From assembly GCA_036172245.1 (NCBI GenBank), contig JAYWIR010000012.1:1240001-1304000 (forward strand): 64,000 nt of DNA, written 5' to 3'. The position numbers and the translations under genes were made by a program. The notes beneath the pieces are model-generated. The model was not told the origin of the DNA. It saw nothing but the letters and a program-made list of their open reading frames with translations, and made no database searches. Of the stretch, positions 60,511 to 64,000 are shown piece after piece; positions within the stretch are counted from its first letter, which is position 1; each line of letters begins with the position of its first letter. This stretch comes from Raillietiella orientalis. Its lineage: Eukaryota.

Positions 60511-63500
60511 CAGGCTCCCAGCATTCCTCCGAGTGCGAAAGGACTGGCCGTACGGAGAGCGGGGAAGCGTCGAGGGATGTGGTCGCTTGGAGGCGACTCC
60601 TCCGAAGAGTTCACGGCGAGGAAAACCCTACGACTGCATGGAAGGAGGAAAGCACGCCTCATGGGAATAGCAAGAGTGGTCACTGACGGAAGACGAACGT
60701 ACCCTTGAGATGACGGTGGAGGATCCGGGCCATCTCACTTTCAAGCATCGGTTCAGGATCCCGATCCGATGCTTGGGGTCGCTGGAAGGCTCCGAGTCGT
60801 CCTCTTCCTGGGGACGCTCTGTGAGGTTCCAGAACCCCCTGTAGGGCGAATACTCTCCCTTCAATAGGACCTTCCAGCTGGAGCCTCCGCCATGTGAGGA
60901 AATCGCATCTTCGGGGATGAGCGGTAGTCATCGGTTCGGTCCAGCACGGCCAACTTCAAGCGTTTTTCCCTACTCCATCCCAGCAGCTGATGAGTCAGCA
61001 GCACTTGCCAAGACATTGGTCAAGGAATGTGAACTTCGCTGCTGACTCCTGGGACAACCCCGTACACACAGGAGCACTCTTCGTTTTTTACGTAGGGGAG
61101 GAAGGTCAGGGGGGACGAAAGGAGAAGTTTCTCTTGTCCACCTTGAGGACGAGGGGAGAGGTCACCATCAGCACACCCACGGGAAGACTGGCGTCCGCAA
61201 GTCCGGGGGTCAGCGAGTGCCTGAAAGGTTAGGGCGGATGAATCTGCACGATGACCACCTTGCTGGAGGGCATCTCCAAAAGGAGGATGCTGAAAGACCC
61301 CTGATCGCTTCAGAGTGACCACTCCCGACGCGTGCGAGGGAAGACTGCGTGGAGTTCCTTGCCTCGGACTCTCTCTGACCGCTGCTTCTGCCTCCGGAAG
61401 CAAGGGCGCGAGAGAGGGAGAGGTGGGAAGATGACGGTCGACGACGCCCATCTGGCTCGGTGGGGTAGGCTCTCCAGGTGCAAGACGAAGTCAGCAGAGG
61501 TTTGCGGCGCTTGGAAACGGAGTCCAGAAGCGAACATGAGGCCAGCCGTGCCGACGAGATGACGTGTTTCTAAGGACTTCATCACGGGGCCTCCCAGGTG
61601 GTCTTCCACGGGGTCTTTTCGGGGTTTCTCCTCAGCGGGCTCTGGAAACGGAGCCCATCAGGAAGGTAATCGGAAGGGCCCACGACCCAGGCTAGACTTT
61701 GAATGGCGGTGTGCTGCTCGCACAGTGGTTGTTGCTCTTAGCAACGGGACGCACGCACTCCACCTCTCCCTGGTCCTGTGAGAGCATTCCAGGGATTTGT
61801 TGTCTCCGGATGCAGTCAGATGATCCCATGGAAGTCCCACCTGTGTGAACAGGGCATGCTTCCAATCCTCAGCTTTCCCTCGATTCATCCGCAGCAGGAG
61901 TGGATCACGCGCCGTCTGCGGAGCGGGCGTTGCCACGGTGAAGGAACCACGGCCATCTTGAAATTGGTCGAAGGATCCTTGCAAGAACGAGCTCGCATGG
62001 ACCACCGGCTACCTCACCCTCGGACTTCCGGAACGAAGTCCTCTTCACGCCCCGAGGCGGTCAGGAGCGGCAGCGGGGGCGGGGGAAGACGCTGAGACCG
62101 AAGAGACCTCAGCTGGAGGCCAGCAGAGCGCTCCGGAAGCCCCAAGGGAAGACCTGTGGGTGAAAGCAGGTCAGAGACCGGGGAGGGGAGAGGAAAGGAG
62201 GGACCAGCCTCCTTGCCTCGAGGCGGACTGCTCCTCCACTGCGTCCGCCGCGGATCCAGAGGACGGACGGAAGCCGTGCCGAAGAGGTAGCAGTACCGGA
62301 AAAAGGAGGTTCCGTCTGTCTCTACCCCCACCATCCCTCGAGTACCCGCGTGCGGGAATGCAGATGCAAGTGGAAAAATATAGAAAACGAGACTCCTCCC
62401 CTTGAGACTCCAGCGCAGCATCCGGCGGCATAACGGGAGGGCTCCGACCGGCGGCACGCAGGCCTCCGCGCAGCTCCTCAACTAGCACGCCGGGGTACGA
62501 CGGTCGAGCACAGCTGCATGCCGGCGGCTCCAGAAGTCCTGGCTCCCCGGAGCGGAGCTGAGAGGGAAGAAAACAAACAGACGAGGAGGGTGTGCGTCAG
62601 GGCGAGCCCGTTTCCATGTCAACGCGCACTTTTGCCTCAAGGGAAGGACGCCTCCGCCCGAAAACCTCCCGGGCAGATCGCGTGCTCCTATCGTCCGTGG
62701 GGGCGCCCCACCAGGACGGAAGCGCCTGCCCTCGTGCGTCGCCGAGGCCGCGCCCTCCCGCTGAGCTCCCGGCGCTACTTCTCTCTGAACTCCTCGTTTG
62801 CTGTTTCCCTGGAGACACAGGGGTCTGCGAAGATGAATGCGGTGCGATTTTTCTGCTCTCCACCGTGGGCCGCATTTGTCTGCGGTCCGCTGCTTTCCAG
62901 AGGCCCCTCCCTGGGGTCCTCCCGCTCCAGGAAGAGTCCTGGGGGAGGAACGAAGGGAAAAGAAGCTTCGATCCTCCTGACTGTGGGATGTCCAGCTCCT
63001 GGCACGATGGCGAGCTTTGCCCTCGCGTCTTTCGGACGACCCGATCGGAACCTCCTCACCCTCGATGTCTTGGACCCCCCGTCCTTCGAGCCGCAAGAAG
63101 CGCTGCCCGATCGCATCCTTGCCCTCTGGGAAGGAAGGAATGTGCCTCGCAGAGATCCCCCGGGGATGCCCAAGGGTCCCTGGGCTTTTGTGCCCCCATG
63201 AGAGACGGGAAAGTGGAAGACGTGATTCAAGAGTGGGTCACCTCACTCTTGGTCCCCCCTCCTACGAGGTTTGCATGCGCGGCATTTCTCATGGCTGGCT
63301 GCATTGCACAGCGCTCAGTCCATCGATCAGCCCGGAGCAGCGCGGTGTGCCTCGGAAGAGCACAATCACTGAAAACGCGAGCGCTGAAACGCCTTCCATT
63401 ACCGGGACCAGCTTGAAATCCAGGAAAGCTCTCAGGTCTGTGGGGTGAGGCACTGCTGCGTCCCCTCCTCCTCCAAGGCGTAGGATAGCGTGCTCTCAGC

Positions 63501-64000
63501 GTGCCCCTGCGTGTTGGTACCGAGCCACGCCACCATCAGAGTCTCACGAGACGCGGTGTTGCCTCTCAACGCGCTCTGAACCGGCGCCCTCAGGATCAAC
63601 CTGCTCTTCTATGCAGATGATCGATGTGGCCCACCCCACACAGAGGTGGTGAAGCGCGCGCACGCCCTCCTTCGGTTGCGCGCGACATCCCGAGGCGCTG
63701 GCAGCCTTCGTGGACGCAGGCGAAGCCACGGGAGCTGACGTCACGAAGGGTCCATCACTTTCCTGGCTTTTGGAATCAGTCAGAGAGCCTGAGCAACGCC
63801 TCCGGTCTAGCCTTCCTCCTGCGCCCGCGCGGACGAACTGCCTGGAGAAAGGAGGACGCTCTGCAGGAGGTGAAGCCGAGATGAAAGTCCAGAGCTGCAG
63901 CTGCACATTCTGCACGAATTCCCGGCTCTTGGAGAGAAGGTCGGCGTGCGCTCTGAAGGCAAACGAACCTCAGGTTCCGACCACCACTTGGAATGAAGTT

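Noticed and set aside
63544..63953. Possible terminal exon of a convergent minus-strand gene (ttgccttcag acceptor, AHADLLSKSREFVQNVQLQLW...)
   Set aside because: There is no recognisable homology and the upstream context lies outside the window, so it cannot be supported.

Overview
Eukaryotic, GC-rich, intron-containing genomic DNA, most likely from an arthropod or other ecdysozoan (inferred from the gene it carries). Nearly all ORFs in the six-frame track are GC-driven noise. One gene can be rebuilt by hand on the + strand: a 19-exon receptor protein-tyrosine phosphatase of the Ptp99A (R5, PTPRG/PTPRZ-related) type at 29450-53918. All introns are GT-AG and phase-consistent, giving a 3744-nt CDS (1247 aa). 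The architecture is signal peptide, one Ig domain, four FN3 repeats, a transmembrane helix, an active PTP D1 ([10 protein letters not shown]) and a dead PTP D2 (VVVDRFGG). The first ~29 kb and last ~10 kb contain no recognisable coding sequence and look regulatory. The most notable extras are a dense set of RFX X-box-like palindromes (especially 54.9-62.8 kb), introns as short as 39-55 nt (one in-frame and stop-free), a perfect 20-bp inverted repeat beside a Z-DNA-type tract in intron 6, and an AT-rich, TGTA-dense block ~5.4 kb past the stop codon. I found no prokaryotic system, CRISPR array, RNA gene or intact mobile element.
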